Shown: positions 47,511-57,800 of the stretch, piece by piece
Layout: the number at the start of each line of letters is the position of its first letter
Numbering within the stretch: position 1 is the stretch's first letter
IMG/VR virus record: IMGVR_UViG_3300025697_003303
Reading direction: 5' to 3' (one strand)
Length of the DNA: 64,000 nt
Source: an uncultured virus (IMG/VR IMGVR_UViG_3300025697_003303)
Lineage: Duplodnaviria; Heunggongvirae; Uroviricota; Caudoviricetes
Notes under the pieces: generated by a model
Databases searched by the model: none
What the model saw: the letters and a program-made list of their open reading frames with translations, nothing else
What the model was told of the DNA's origin: nothing
Made by a program: the position numbers and the translations under genes

Positions 47511-48584
47511 TTACCATACTCGATCAGAACCTAGATTCTTTTCTATTATGGTATTATTTTCTTCTTTTGTATTTTCGCCAGATCTTACTCTGAGCATAGA
47601 CTCATATGTAACTCCATCTCTACCAGCCTTTTTTTGTTCTACTTCAATCTTATCTTGGATCTCTTGGAACCAAGGGTTCAATCCTTTATAAACAGACCAA
47701 TCCGTTACTCTGGATGGTTCTAACATTTTTTCAATTAATCCAAAGAACCAAAACGAGTTAGTTAGATTATTCATAAATTGAGCCTCTTTAATCATACTCT
47801 CGCTATTAGCTTTTTTAGTTGAGTCAACAACTAAATGTTCTATTTTATTTTCTATGCCAACATAAGTTAAAAGTATCATTAAGAAGTCATTGACTTTCTT
47901 ATCGTCACCATATACTAATTTCATTGCTCCACAAATCTTAGACTGCAACTCTGATGACATCATTTCTTTTATAATTTTATAAGCATTTAAATCATGTGCT
48001 TTTAAAGCAGCGATAAAAAGAAAAGCATCTCTTACTGGTTTGTACTCTATACATCCGTTTAGACCAATAAAACTATTCTCAATATCTAGAATTTCTTTGT
48101 CAAGATATTCAGCGATATCACAAGCAGATGTATCTTCTACGACTGCGATAGCTATATTATCAAGTTGGACTTCATACGCTGTACAAATGATATCTTTCAT
48201 TAATAGCCAAACGACAGGAAACTGATACAATCTCAATACAAATTCTTCATCATTTTTGAAACAATCTAATGAGCCTTCATCGTTACATAGAAACAATAAA
48301 AATGCTCTCCAAAGATCAAGAACTCTTTCTAGCTCGGTGTGATCCATGATTAAGCTGCTGCCGCAAATCTGCTCGAAATGAGTGAAGTATATCAATACTA
48401 TTTTACTATTTATATCAAACCAGTTCTTAGCATCTGATACGCAGATAGAACCATTAGAAAGGACATCTCCCATTTGTCCATCTTCTGTAAATCTTATATT
48501 AAGATCCACGAATGGGCATCCAGCACCTTCACATGCTGATTCTATAAGAAACTTAGACAACTTATAATCACTTATCTTTCGCAC
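47511..48584 (-). CDS. Hypothetical protein
   Basis: 357-aa ORF, GTG start. Confidence 0.7.
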   Translation of the reverse strand: MRKISDYKLSKFLIESACEGAGCPFVDLNIRFTEDGQMGDVLSNGSICVSDAKNWFDINSKIVLIYFTHFEQICGSSLIMDHTELERVLDLWRAFLLFLCNDEGSLDCFKNDEEFVLRLYQFPVVWLLMKDIICTAYEVQLDNIAIAVVEDTSACDIAEYLDKEILDIENSFIGLNGCIEYKPVRDAFLFIAALKAHDLNAYKIIKEMMSSELQSKICGAMKLVYGDDKKVNDFLMILLTYVGIENKIEHLVVDSTKKANSESMIKEAQFMNNLTNSFWFFGLIEKMLEPSRVTDWSVYKGLNPWFQEIQDKIEVEQKKAGRDGVTYESMLRVRSGENTKEENNTIIEKNLGSDRVW

Positions 48585-49065
48585 TATCTTTGGTGTACCT
48601 TTCCATGTCTTCGCTGGAGATACCAGCTTTTTCCATTATGTCTGCCCAACTTTTACAATCTTTCATCATATTATTAAAATTATCAACTTCTTTTTGAGAG
48701 ATACCGCTCTTTATGTTTTTTTTGACACTCTCTTTGATATTATCTTGTTTTTCTTGTTTTTCTTCTATAAATTCTAAAGCGTCTTCATCGCTACTTAACG
48801 CTCCATACTTCTGTAGCATATCTAACACAAATTCTTTAACATCACATTCGGTTATATCAAAACCATAAGTCTTGTGACAGTAATCGCATGTATGCTCCAT
48901 AACAAGATACGAATTCCTATCTTTTTTCTCTTTTTCATCTTCATCTTCGTATTCTTTAACTCCGATGGCTACAATGGACTCTAATCTTATATTTTTTCCA
49001 CAATTAGGGCATTCCATCCCTATCTCTTTTATCTTGTCTTCTAACCATTGCGGTAAATCTATCAT
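48568..49065 (-). CDS. Zinc-binding hypothetical protein
   Basis: CPNCG...CDYCH. Confidence 0.7.
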   Translation of the reverse strand: MIDLPQWLEDKIKEIGMECPNCGKNIRLESIVAIGVKEYEDEDEKEKKDRNSYLVMEHTCDYCHKTYGFDITECDVKEFVLDMLQKYGALSSDEDALEFIEEKQEKQDNIKESVKKNIKSGISQKEVDNFNNMMKDCKSWADIMEKAGISSEDMERYTKDSAKDK

Positions 49066-49118
49066 AACAAAACTCCAACTTACTTATTCAACGAATAACT
49101 ATAAACTCCTTTTATCTT

Positions 49119-50363
49119 CTACCTTCTATCTATATTAAGGTTGAGATCATAAGTCCAAGTAATACCTCTTTTATCGTGTATTCCAAACATTTTCTGTTCT
49201 GGCATAGACGATTTTTGAAGATTTTTCAAAGAGAATATGTCGCCACCGACGAAACTCCCATTTAGAAGGACTTTACCATGATTTGTAGATAACTCCGCAG
49301 TACTATGATAATGACCAGCTATAGTATAATCGGGAATATCTTTCAAGATACCTATCATTTTTTGCTCAAAATCTAACAAGCTTTTAGCGGGCCATGACAT
49401 TCCTCTCATATCGTCTCCATGGACGACGAGGAACTTATGACTTCTTATTTTTTCAAATATCCACCATGTTTTAGGAACATTAAACTTAACTCTTGGATTA
49501 TTTTTGAATCTGCCCATAAGGAACTGGTAACACATGAAATCCCAATTGACGTATTCTTTTTCTGAGCCTCGCTTACTAGCCCGCCCATGATTTCCGAACA
49601 CACCATAAAAATTAATCTCTTTAAAGATTTCTAACCAATGATCTATCATTTGAGCAAGAGCTTCAACGCCTTCAACGAACTGTTCAAATATAGGCATATT
49701 AATATAGATAGGAGACCATGCTCCAACATCATTCATACCAGCAACAATATCTCCTAAACAAAATATATGAAGCGTATCTAAAGCATACAGTTTGGAATGA
49801 AGATCAACAATATCAGTAGCAGCATATTTAAGATTCTCAACTCTCTGTTTAAAAATCTCTAAATTATACTCTCCTAATCCACCAGTTTCTTCCATAGAGA
49901 ATTCCTGACCGATATGACAATCGCTAATAATAATTCCGACATCCTCTACATGATCTTTCTTCGCATGTTTACGCCTCGGTTTTCTGGGAGCAGGAACTTT
50001 TGGAAGAGCTTCTATCGCTCTAACTATTCTATCTCCTATAATATCTGCTTTTACTTTAGCAACGCCAATCCTCTTATCTCTAAGTTGCGTTAGTCTCTCA
50101 AGATAAGCCTTCTTTAGTCCCTCTTTGATAGTATGTTTAGTTGTATCATAAAAAGGTTTATTAACCCAAATAGTATTTCTGTATTTTTTTTCGCAAGCAC
50201 TAACAGAACGATCAAATAGTTCTGAAGATATGATACGATACGGAATGCCATCTTCTCGCATACTATACAACATTATCTCTTCGTTTTCAGTCCAAGGTGC
50301 GGGTCTAATCTTACTCTTGCTCTTGCTTTTATTTTTACTCATATTAAACCTTTCTTTCTCCAT
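49119..50363 (-). CDS. Calcineurin-like metallophosphoesterase with N-terminal Myb/HTH-like domain
   Basis: WTENEE..RSVSAC; SDCHIG, LGDIV, GNHGR, VHGD, GHYH. Confidence 0.85.
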   Translation of the reverse strand: MEKERFNMSKNKSKSKSKIRPAPWTENEEIMLYSMREDGIPYRIISSELFDRSVSACEKKYRNTIWVNKPFYDTTKHTIKEGLKKAYLERLTQLRDKRIGVAKVKADIIGDRIVRAIEALPKVPAPRKPRRKHAKKDHVEDVGIIISDCHIGQEFSMEETGGLGEYNLEIFKQRVENLKYAATDIVDLHSKLYALDTLHIFCLGDIVAGMNDVGAWSPIYINMPIFEQFVEGVEALAQMIDHWLEIFKEINFYGVFGNHGRASKRGSEKEYVNWDFMCYQFLMGRFKNNPRVKFNVPKTWWIFEKIRSHKFLVVHGDDMRGMSWPAKSLLDFEQKMIGILKDIPDYTIAGHYHSTAELSTNHGKVLLNGSFVGGDIFSLKNLQKSSMPEQKMFGIHDKRGITWTYDLNLNIDRR

Positions 50364-51049
50364 CGATCTAACAATATTAGATGAGATTCTTTCATTTCTG
50401 AAGATCTACCATAAGTCAGACCATTCCTATTAAGTCTATATTTTATCAAGGGAGTTTCCAATGTGCAGAAATTAAATCCAGAGAATAAGCATCTTCCCCA
50501 AAATTCGAGATCATGAACGAGTTGAAAATCCTTATCTTTTGTATATTTTCCAATTTTAATAAAATCATCTCTTTTAAACATCGCAGAAGGATTTATTATC
50601 GGATTCTTCCCGGACGCTATTGCATTTATCATACCTGAATTACTATTAGGAGGATGACTCCATTCCCTCATTCTTAGTCCATCCTCATTAACAATTATAG
50701 CGTATCCTCCTACACAAAATAAACTTTTATCAGATTTTAACATTTTAACTTCTTGTTCTAAACGAGAAGGAAGACTGATATCATCTGCATCATGTATCGC
50801 AATATACTCTCCCTCCGCTATATCTATTGAAAAATTAGAACGAAAAGGCACTCCCATATTTTCTTCATAACCCCAAAACTCTATTCTTTCGTCTTTAAAA
50901 GATCTGATAATTTCAGCAGTCCTATCTGTAGATCCATCGTTTATGATTATAAATTCAAAATCTTCATATGTCTGATTTAATATGGAGTTTATAGATTCTT
51001 CTATAAATTTCTCACAATTATATACTGTAGTTATAACGCTGATTTTCAT
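50339..51049 (-). CDS. Glycosyltransferase family 2
   Basis: MKISVITTVYN, INDGSTD, HDADD. Confidence 0.92.
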   Translation of the reverse strand: MKISVITTVYNCEKFIEESINSILNQTYEDFEFIIINDGSTDRTAEIIRSFKDERIEFWGYEENMGVPFRSNFSIDIAEGEYIAIHDADDISLPSRLEQEVKMLKSDKSLFCVGGYAIIVNEDGLRMREWSHPPNSNSGMINAIASGKNPIINPSAMFKRDDFIKIGKYTKDKDFQLVHDLEFWGRCLFSGFNFCTLETPLIKYRLNRNGLTYGRSSEMKESHLILLDRWRKKGLI

Positions 51050-51782
51050 AAAGCAAACTCTCACTCATTTTTATTCTTTTATGAAATGGAGGACTATAGT
51101 TCTTCCATTTTTCTCTAAAATACTTTAAACTTTTACGAAAATTTTTATGTTTATCTTCTTGCGAAATTATTGACATTGTTTGATGAGGCTTATGCATGAT
51201 TCTAGCGTATGGATTCCATCCAAGATGAAAGCCCCTTTTATGACATCTAAAATTAAAATCAGGGTCTTCAAAGTACATTGGGCTAAAATTAGTATCGAAT
51301 AAACCGATTTCTTCAACGACTCTCCTCCTAATAAGCATACCACCGGCTCCAACATAAGTATAATAGTCTGTTGGATTCTGTGCTATACGAAGAGGTCTAA
51401 AGTTTTCGCTCATCTCCCAAGCTTCTACGCCCAAGACATCATAAAGACCTTGCTTCATAAAAAAGAGATGTTGATCAAGCCACTCTTTCTCGACAAATTG
51501 ATCATTGTCTAAAAAGAGCAAGTAATCATATTCTAAATGTTTACTCTTTTCGTATCCAGTATTCCTACCATCAATGACGCCGCTATTATGATCTAAAGAA
51601 ATGATATGAACATTATCTCTATCTATTTTTTCTAAATACTCTTTCGTACCATCTGTTGACCCATTGTCTACGATAACCAAATGGTAATTCCCATAAGTAT
51701 TGTCAAAAAATTGAGTTAGAAATTGTTTAGTAACATTAATTTTATTGTGCGTTAATACTATTATGCAAGTTGAATCAGAAAT
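51018..51782 (-). CDS. Glycosyltransferase family 2, probable ATT start
   Basis: GGAGG-c-ATT-ATT then SDSTCIIVLTHNK...LVIVDNGSTD, FLDND, YFEDPDF. No in-frame ATG/GTG/TTG before the first GT2 strand. Confidence 0.85.
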   Translation of the reverse strand: MSDSTCIIVLTHNKINVTKQFLTQFFDNTYGNYHLVIVDNGSTDGTKEYLEKIDRDNVHIISLDHNSGVIDGRNTGYEKSKHLEYDYLLFLDNDQFVEKEWLDQHLFFMKQGLYDVLGVEAWEMSENFRPLRIAQNPTDYYTYVGAGGMLIRRRVVEEIGLFDTNFSPMYFEDPDFNFRCHKRGFHLGWNPYARIMHKPHQTMSIISQEDKHKNFRKSLKYFREKWKNYSPPFHKRIKMSESLLYENQRYNYSI

Positions 51783-51847
51783 AATGCCTCCATGAATATT
51801 ATCGAACTTTTATAGGTTATGGCATTATAACATTTTCCCTAACCACA

Positions 51848-54800
51848 TTATACGCTGATATTAACAGATGCATTAAAGAACGAACACTCTCCAACGCCTC
51901 TCAGAGTGAAATCTCCGAGTACACCTTCGCTTGTTTCATCACAACACAATGTAGAATCAGAAATGTCTTTAAACCTATCATTCTCTAAGGTTACACATGT
52001 GCATTCGTTAGGATCTGCACCAAAGACAGCAATGTCAGAAGATCTATCATAAATTTGAGCATAATAAGTTTGGTCTGTCTTACAATATATTACAATCAAA
52101 ACAACGTTAGCTGCGATTCTAGAGAACCACCATCCAACAAACCCAACAGTATCTAACGTAGCATCGTATGCATAAGTTCCTTGTACTCTCTCGTAGCAAG
52201 AATTCCCAGGGACAGAATCAATAAAAACTGAAGCTGTTGTTTGTGTAGGATCGTTACATGTAATCCATGGGAAGTCAGAGCAGACGTTCCCGCTAGTTGC
52301 TGTAGGAGTAGTCCCTTGTAAATAATCTTTAATACTTTTTTCCGTAGCAAACATCTCAGAAAATCCGTGGAAACTAATTTCTGTATTAACATCGCTGTTG
52401 TCAATTCTAAACCCAGATCTTATTTTACTAGGATCTTGTATTCTAATAATATAATTATCATACATTTTTGTAGAGAACACTACCAATCCATCTCTAGGAT
52501 GTAACTCATAAGAACTAGATGATATCGTATTATTAGAAGAATCGAAGATAGTAACACTTGATTCGTAATCCCAACTTCCATATGTTGCCTTGAATTCATA
52601 ATTATCTACATTAACTAAAGATTCAGAACGAATACCTACAATATTTCTATTCCTTACTGGCAAGACTACTCCACCGCCTGCATTTGGGCGTGACGGCTTA
52701 GCTCCGCTATCAAAATCGTTCCAGTTATGAGATGCAGAAGTAGAGACCCCAAACTTTACTTCTCCTTCATCTGTAGAATCTAGAGTTGATACAACTTGTC
52801 GATTATTGTCATCAACAGTATGCTCATTGACGAATAAATAATCTGTTTTTACAGCAGTATATGTTAATCCGAATCCCTCTATTAAAGGATGTCCCGTAGA
52901 AGACCCATCATTCACTTCTTCATTTGTAGTTGTAAGACAACTTGTTATCTTCATGTCTAGTTTTACATATCTTACATCTAGATCAGAAAAACCAACATCA
53001 AAACCAGGTTCAAAATAAATCGTATATGGAGAATAATCATAACCATCATCACTAGCAGACATTCTCCACTCTCCTGACGTATTCGCTGGTAATTCGAATA
53101 AAACGTTCGCAGAATTAAGATTAACAACTTCTCCAAAATCAATAGTATAGATAGCAGATCCATAACCCAAAGAACCTTTAGTCTTCCCTGTCATTATGCA
53201 AACTAAATCATCCTCAAAAGAATCAGATACGATACTAAAACTTTGTCCACCAGTATGATATGACAATTTATCTAAAATAATAGAACCAGTCCTATCTATA
53301 CTAGACGAGATAACAGAAGGATTCTTCAATGACAAATTGCCAACGATAAGAGGAACCTCTTGATAGTTGTCTATATCATTAACAGCATCAATCGCTTCTT
53401 GATAATTCTTCGTAGAAACATTTGGACTATTATCTGCAAAAGTATAGATAATCTTATCGTTGGCGTCATAACTCTGATCATTCAAAACAGTAGAAACAGT
53501 GTACAATGAGTCATACAAAGGAGAAGACCCGAATGGAATTTCTTCAGATATAGTATCTATAATAGTTAAAGCTTCACTACTGACAACGGCTCCACTACTC
53601 GTATGATCTATAACCGAAGGAACTGTCATATTACTAGACAAAATATCAGTTGAGACTGAATTGTTCTGGTAGAGAGGAGCAGATACGATCTTAAAAACAT
53701 TATCGCTAAAAATAGATTTAAAATTAAGCGATGCAATTGTTATGTTAGAGGTGACAGGAACTATACAAGAAGGCGAAAGAGTAGCAGCCTCACTAGCGTC
53801 ATTAACTATAGAGACTAATGTCTGTCCATAATATGAAGTAAACCCGCCAGAAGCAGTACCAACAGTCTCTGGGACAAACCCATCCACTATAGTAGACTGA
53901 AGAACTATTTTATATAGATTATTATCTAACCCTTCTGTAAATACCATCTCGTCAACGACTCCTTTAATCATATCGTCGGAACGAGGTTTCAAAGAGAATA
54001 CAGATTCTCCATCTATGACACTTATTTCATCTTCATCAAATAATACATTATATGGCAAAAAGCTTTCTGGGATCAATGTTATATCTTCTGCATCTGACAA
54101 TTGTAAGTACCCTGCAAGCTTTACTGTCGCTAAAACATCAACATTACCGCCGTCATCAACAGCACTTACTTTAGCTCCTAAATACTGATTTCCGTTAAGA
54201 GACATTCCATCTTCATATGGTTCAATAGATATCTTGAGAAAACCATTACCCTTTCCACTTTCTATCCCGCCTACATACATAACATGAGAATGACCATTAT
54301 ACGAAACAATCGCAGCAGCACCGCCATCCTTTGATTTGGTAGTATTACCTAATTCTAAAACATCATATGGGATATCACCGCCTATATTTTCAATAGATTC
54401 AAACATCTTAAGTGTTTCTGAATTAGAATTAAAACCGCCTATAGAATAAACTCTTCCTCCGTCAATAGCAGATGCAGAAAAACATCTAGGCTGCAACATA
54501 TGATTAAACTTATTATTAATGACATCAAGAGACCCAGAAGAAACATTATATGAAAAACCTGTAGCATAATATTCCAAAGAAGCATCTATTTTTTGAAAAG
54601 CTCCAGACAAAACAACTATATCATTACCATCAACAAATGACAAAGGAGAAATCCTACTATAAGTTTTAAACTCTGTCTCAGATATTGCGTCAGAATATCC
54701 CCACTCATCGCTACTTATGTTATAATGAAGAATTCTATCATTGTAATCCACGAAAGATCCATTATCTGTTATATCTCTAATACCACTAACAATATATATC

Positions 54801-57800
54801 CTATTCAGAGAAGGAATATATGTGGCAGAACCAAAAGCGATTCCATACCCAACCTTATCGATAGAGCCTATATCTATTAATGGCATACTCTCCATTTCGC
54901 TCCATGTATCAGTAACCGCATCATACTTTTCAGTTGCTCTAGAAGTATATACTATATTTTTTGTTTTATCATATTGTATCCCGCCAAATATATATATGTC
55001 CGTACCAACAACAACGGACATTGCTCCCATTCTTTCAGTTGGCATAGATGTCATTGTCATCCATGAGTCATTAGATATGTTATATCTTTCAACAGTAGGA
55101 AGTATTTCGTTCGCACCAATACCGCCAATAGCATATAGCTGGTCTAAAACAGACTCAACACATAAATGCCCTCTAGCAGTAGACATTGAAGATGACTGAG
55201 ACCATTCATTCGTAAACGTATCGTATTTATCTGTTCTAACACTAAAAATACTTCTAATATTATCAGAGGATGATTGATCTTTCCAATCATCTGAATCGTT
55301 TCTCAACAATAGGCATATCGTCTCTGTTCTCTTTATGTTCCCTATATTATCATCAAACAAAGAATATGTTGCAGTAAGATATATATTCGCAGCAATATCT
55401 TTATTAGACTGTAAAGGCTGCAATTCTACAGTGGCATAGCTTCTCTCTCTATCTGCATCTACTTCAGTGTCAACATAAGTTAATGTCTTTATTTTACTAT
55501 CAACAGCTTGAACTGAATTCTCCGTGTGATTAACTATTTTTATATCTATTTCCGTACCGTCTGGAACAAAAGTATCTGCAAAAGAGACATCTAATATAAA
55601 TTGATTAATTGATTTTCCATCTAATATTACTCCCTCTATTCTACTAATATCATCTCCATTTTTAGCCCTCCTATCTACGACTCTTATTCTCAATGATTCT
55701 TCAGGGACCAAAACTGTCGGTACTAAACCATTCCCAAATGATCCTCCACCAGTAAGCGTTAGAGTTTCATTATCAAAAACAGAAACGATATGACCCGTAA
55801 CAGTTATCTCATTATTATACAGTGAGTACTTATCTGCTGCTATAGGAGCACAATCTGTACGTAGACTCTCAAATCCTGTAATTTCTGCATCAGTATCTTT
55901 TCTGTTTAGTCTAAAATATACAAAAGTATTATCATACTGAGAAAGATTAACTGACGCTGCTCCGTGATCAATAGTAGCATTATCTGTATTAAGAACCCAT
56001 CTATCGAGATATGGGTCAAGATACTCAACAACATCTCCCCAAATTACCTCAACTTCTGGATCGCTCGTATCGATTCTAATCATCATGCCATGATTTAGTT
56101 GATGGATTTCATTACCCACAGAAGTCATACATTGTCTAAACGGTTCAGAATACTTAGTAGTAGAAGTCTCAGCATTATGAGAAATAGTGAGGGTCGCATA
56201 CCCGATACCATCACTCCAAAACTTTTGTTTCAGGTCAGCAAACTCCATCAAGAGATTAGAAGACATTACTCTATGCCCCTTTTCCCTTAGAGGTATAAGT
56301 TCTATTACTTGAGAATCGCTTGCTGTCAAACCATCATAAAAGACAGACACATTCATTGTATGCGTTTCATACTCAAAACCAGAACCATCTATTTGCACAT
56401 TATTAATCGGTCCTAAAAATACATTTCTAGCAACACTTTTATTCAAGAAAGAAAAGATACCGTTTGGATCACCAGTATTATCTTTAGAATAAAAGATTCT
56501 ATCAATAGCATTATCCTTTTTAGTTAGACTCCATTCGGCTGTAGCTGTGTCAGGTAAGAAGGTTCTTTTAGACAGATCTTTAGGATCGTCTGGATCTAAC
56601 ATATAAACAATCGCTGTTTGTTCTAAAATCTGACGACCATCAGATAAAGGAACATTAGGCTGTATGTCAACCACTAAAGGATTCCCGAAAACGATTAATT
56701 TCTTTTTTACAATTGTCGAACCATTACGCAAACGAACTTTTATATACAATAAAACAGTTTGAGCTTGATCTGGAGTCGCCAAAGATATATCTGCATAAGT
56801 TACATTTTCTGTTTCGCCAGTTAAAACTCCATATATATCTCTTTTTTCTCTTGTCCCTGAAACAACCTCGATAGCACTATTGACATAAGAATAAACGCTC
56901 AACAAACCTGTCACTGGTTGGACTTCATCTACATCAAAATCTACTGTAGCATCATAAACTGTAGCACTAACAACTGTATTATTAGATCTAGCAGAAAGAT
57001 ATTCATCTTTTAAGTAAACTCTAGAGATATAAGAAGAAGATGACGTAGCATATGTTCCGTTATAATTAGCAGTAGAAGACGGTATCTGACTATCTAACGC
57101 ATTTATCTTTTGTTTACTAACCACTTCAACGTACTTGCTATCTTTATTCTCTACTTCAAATGATAATTTATTTTTCCACTCTACTTGAATAATTCTTGAT
57201 TTATATACGAATTCAAGACCCTCAAAAGACACAGTAAATCTTATTGACAATAATACAGATTGTAAGTTAGACAAGAGAGAAACATCTTTTGTCAACCTCA
57301 AAATCCCTCTCGATAAACCGTTGTCCAATTTTGTAACCGTCAATCCATATAATTCATTTATATCTGGAGCGTTTACAGCAGTATCTCCAGCAAAAATATC
57401 TTCAGCAACATCGTCTGGATATGTATAAGACGCATTTTCGATTTCCCATGAGATAGTATAATCTCTACTAATATGATTATCAGATTGATCGGTCATCTTC
57501 ATATAGAAGACAATATTCTCGTCAAAGAAAGTACTTATGTCTCTTTTTGGAACAAAATTATCCCACAAAACCTTCAAACTTGAACCGCTTACTATTTCAT
57601 AATGTACGTTTTTAACATCTTCCAAAGGAATTTGAGATTCACTTAGACCGCTCAAAGGGATTATGCTAACAGTGCTGGAACTAGATGGTCTCCCAAACAT
57701 ATCAATAGTAGATATCGTATAATAATAACGAGTATCATTGCTTAATAATCTGTCTATATATTTAATTTTAAATACATCATCGTCAAAAACTAAAATACCA

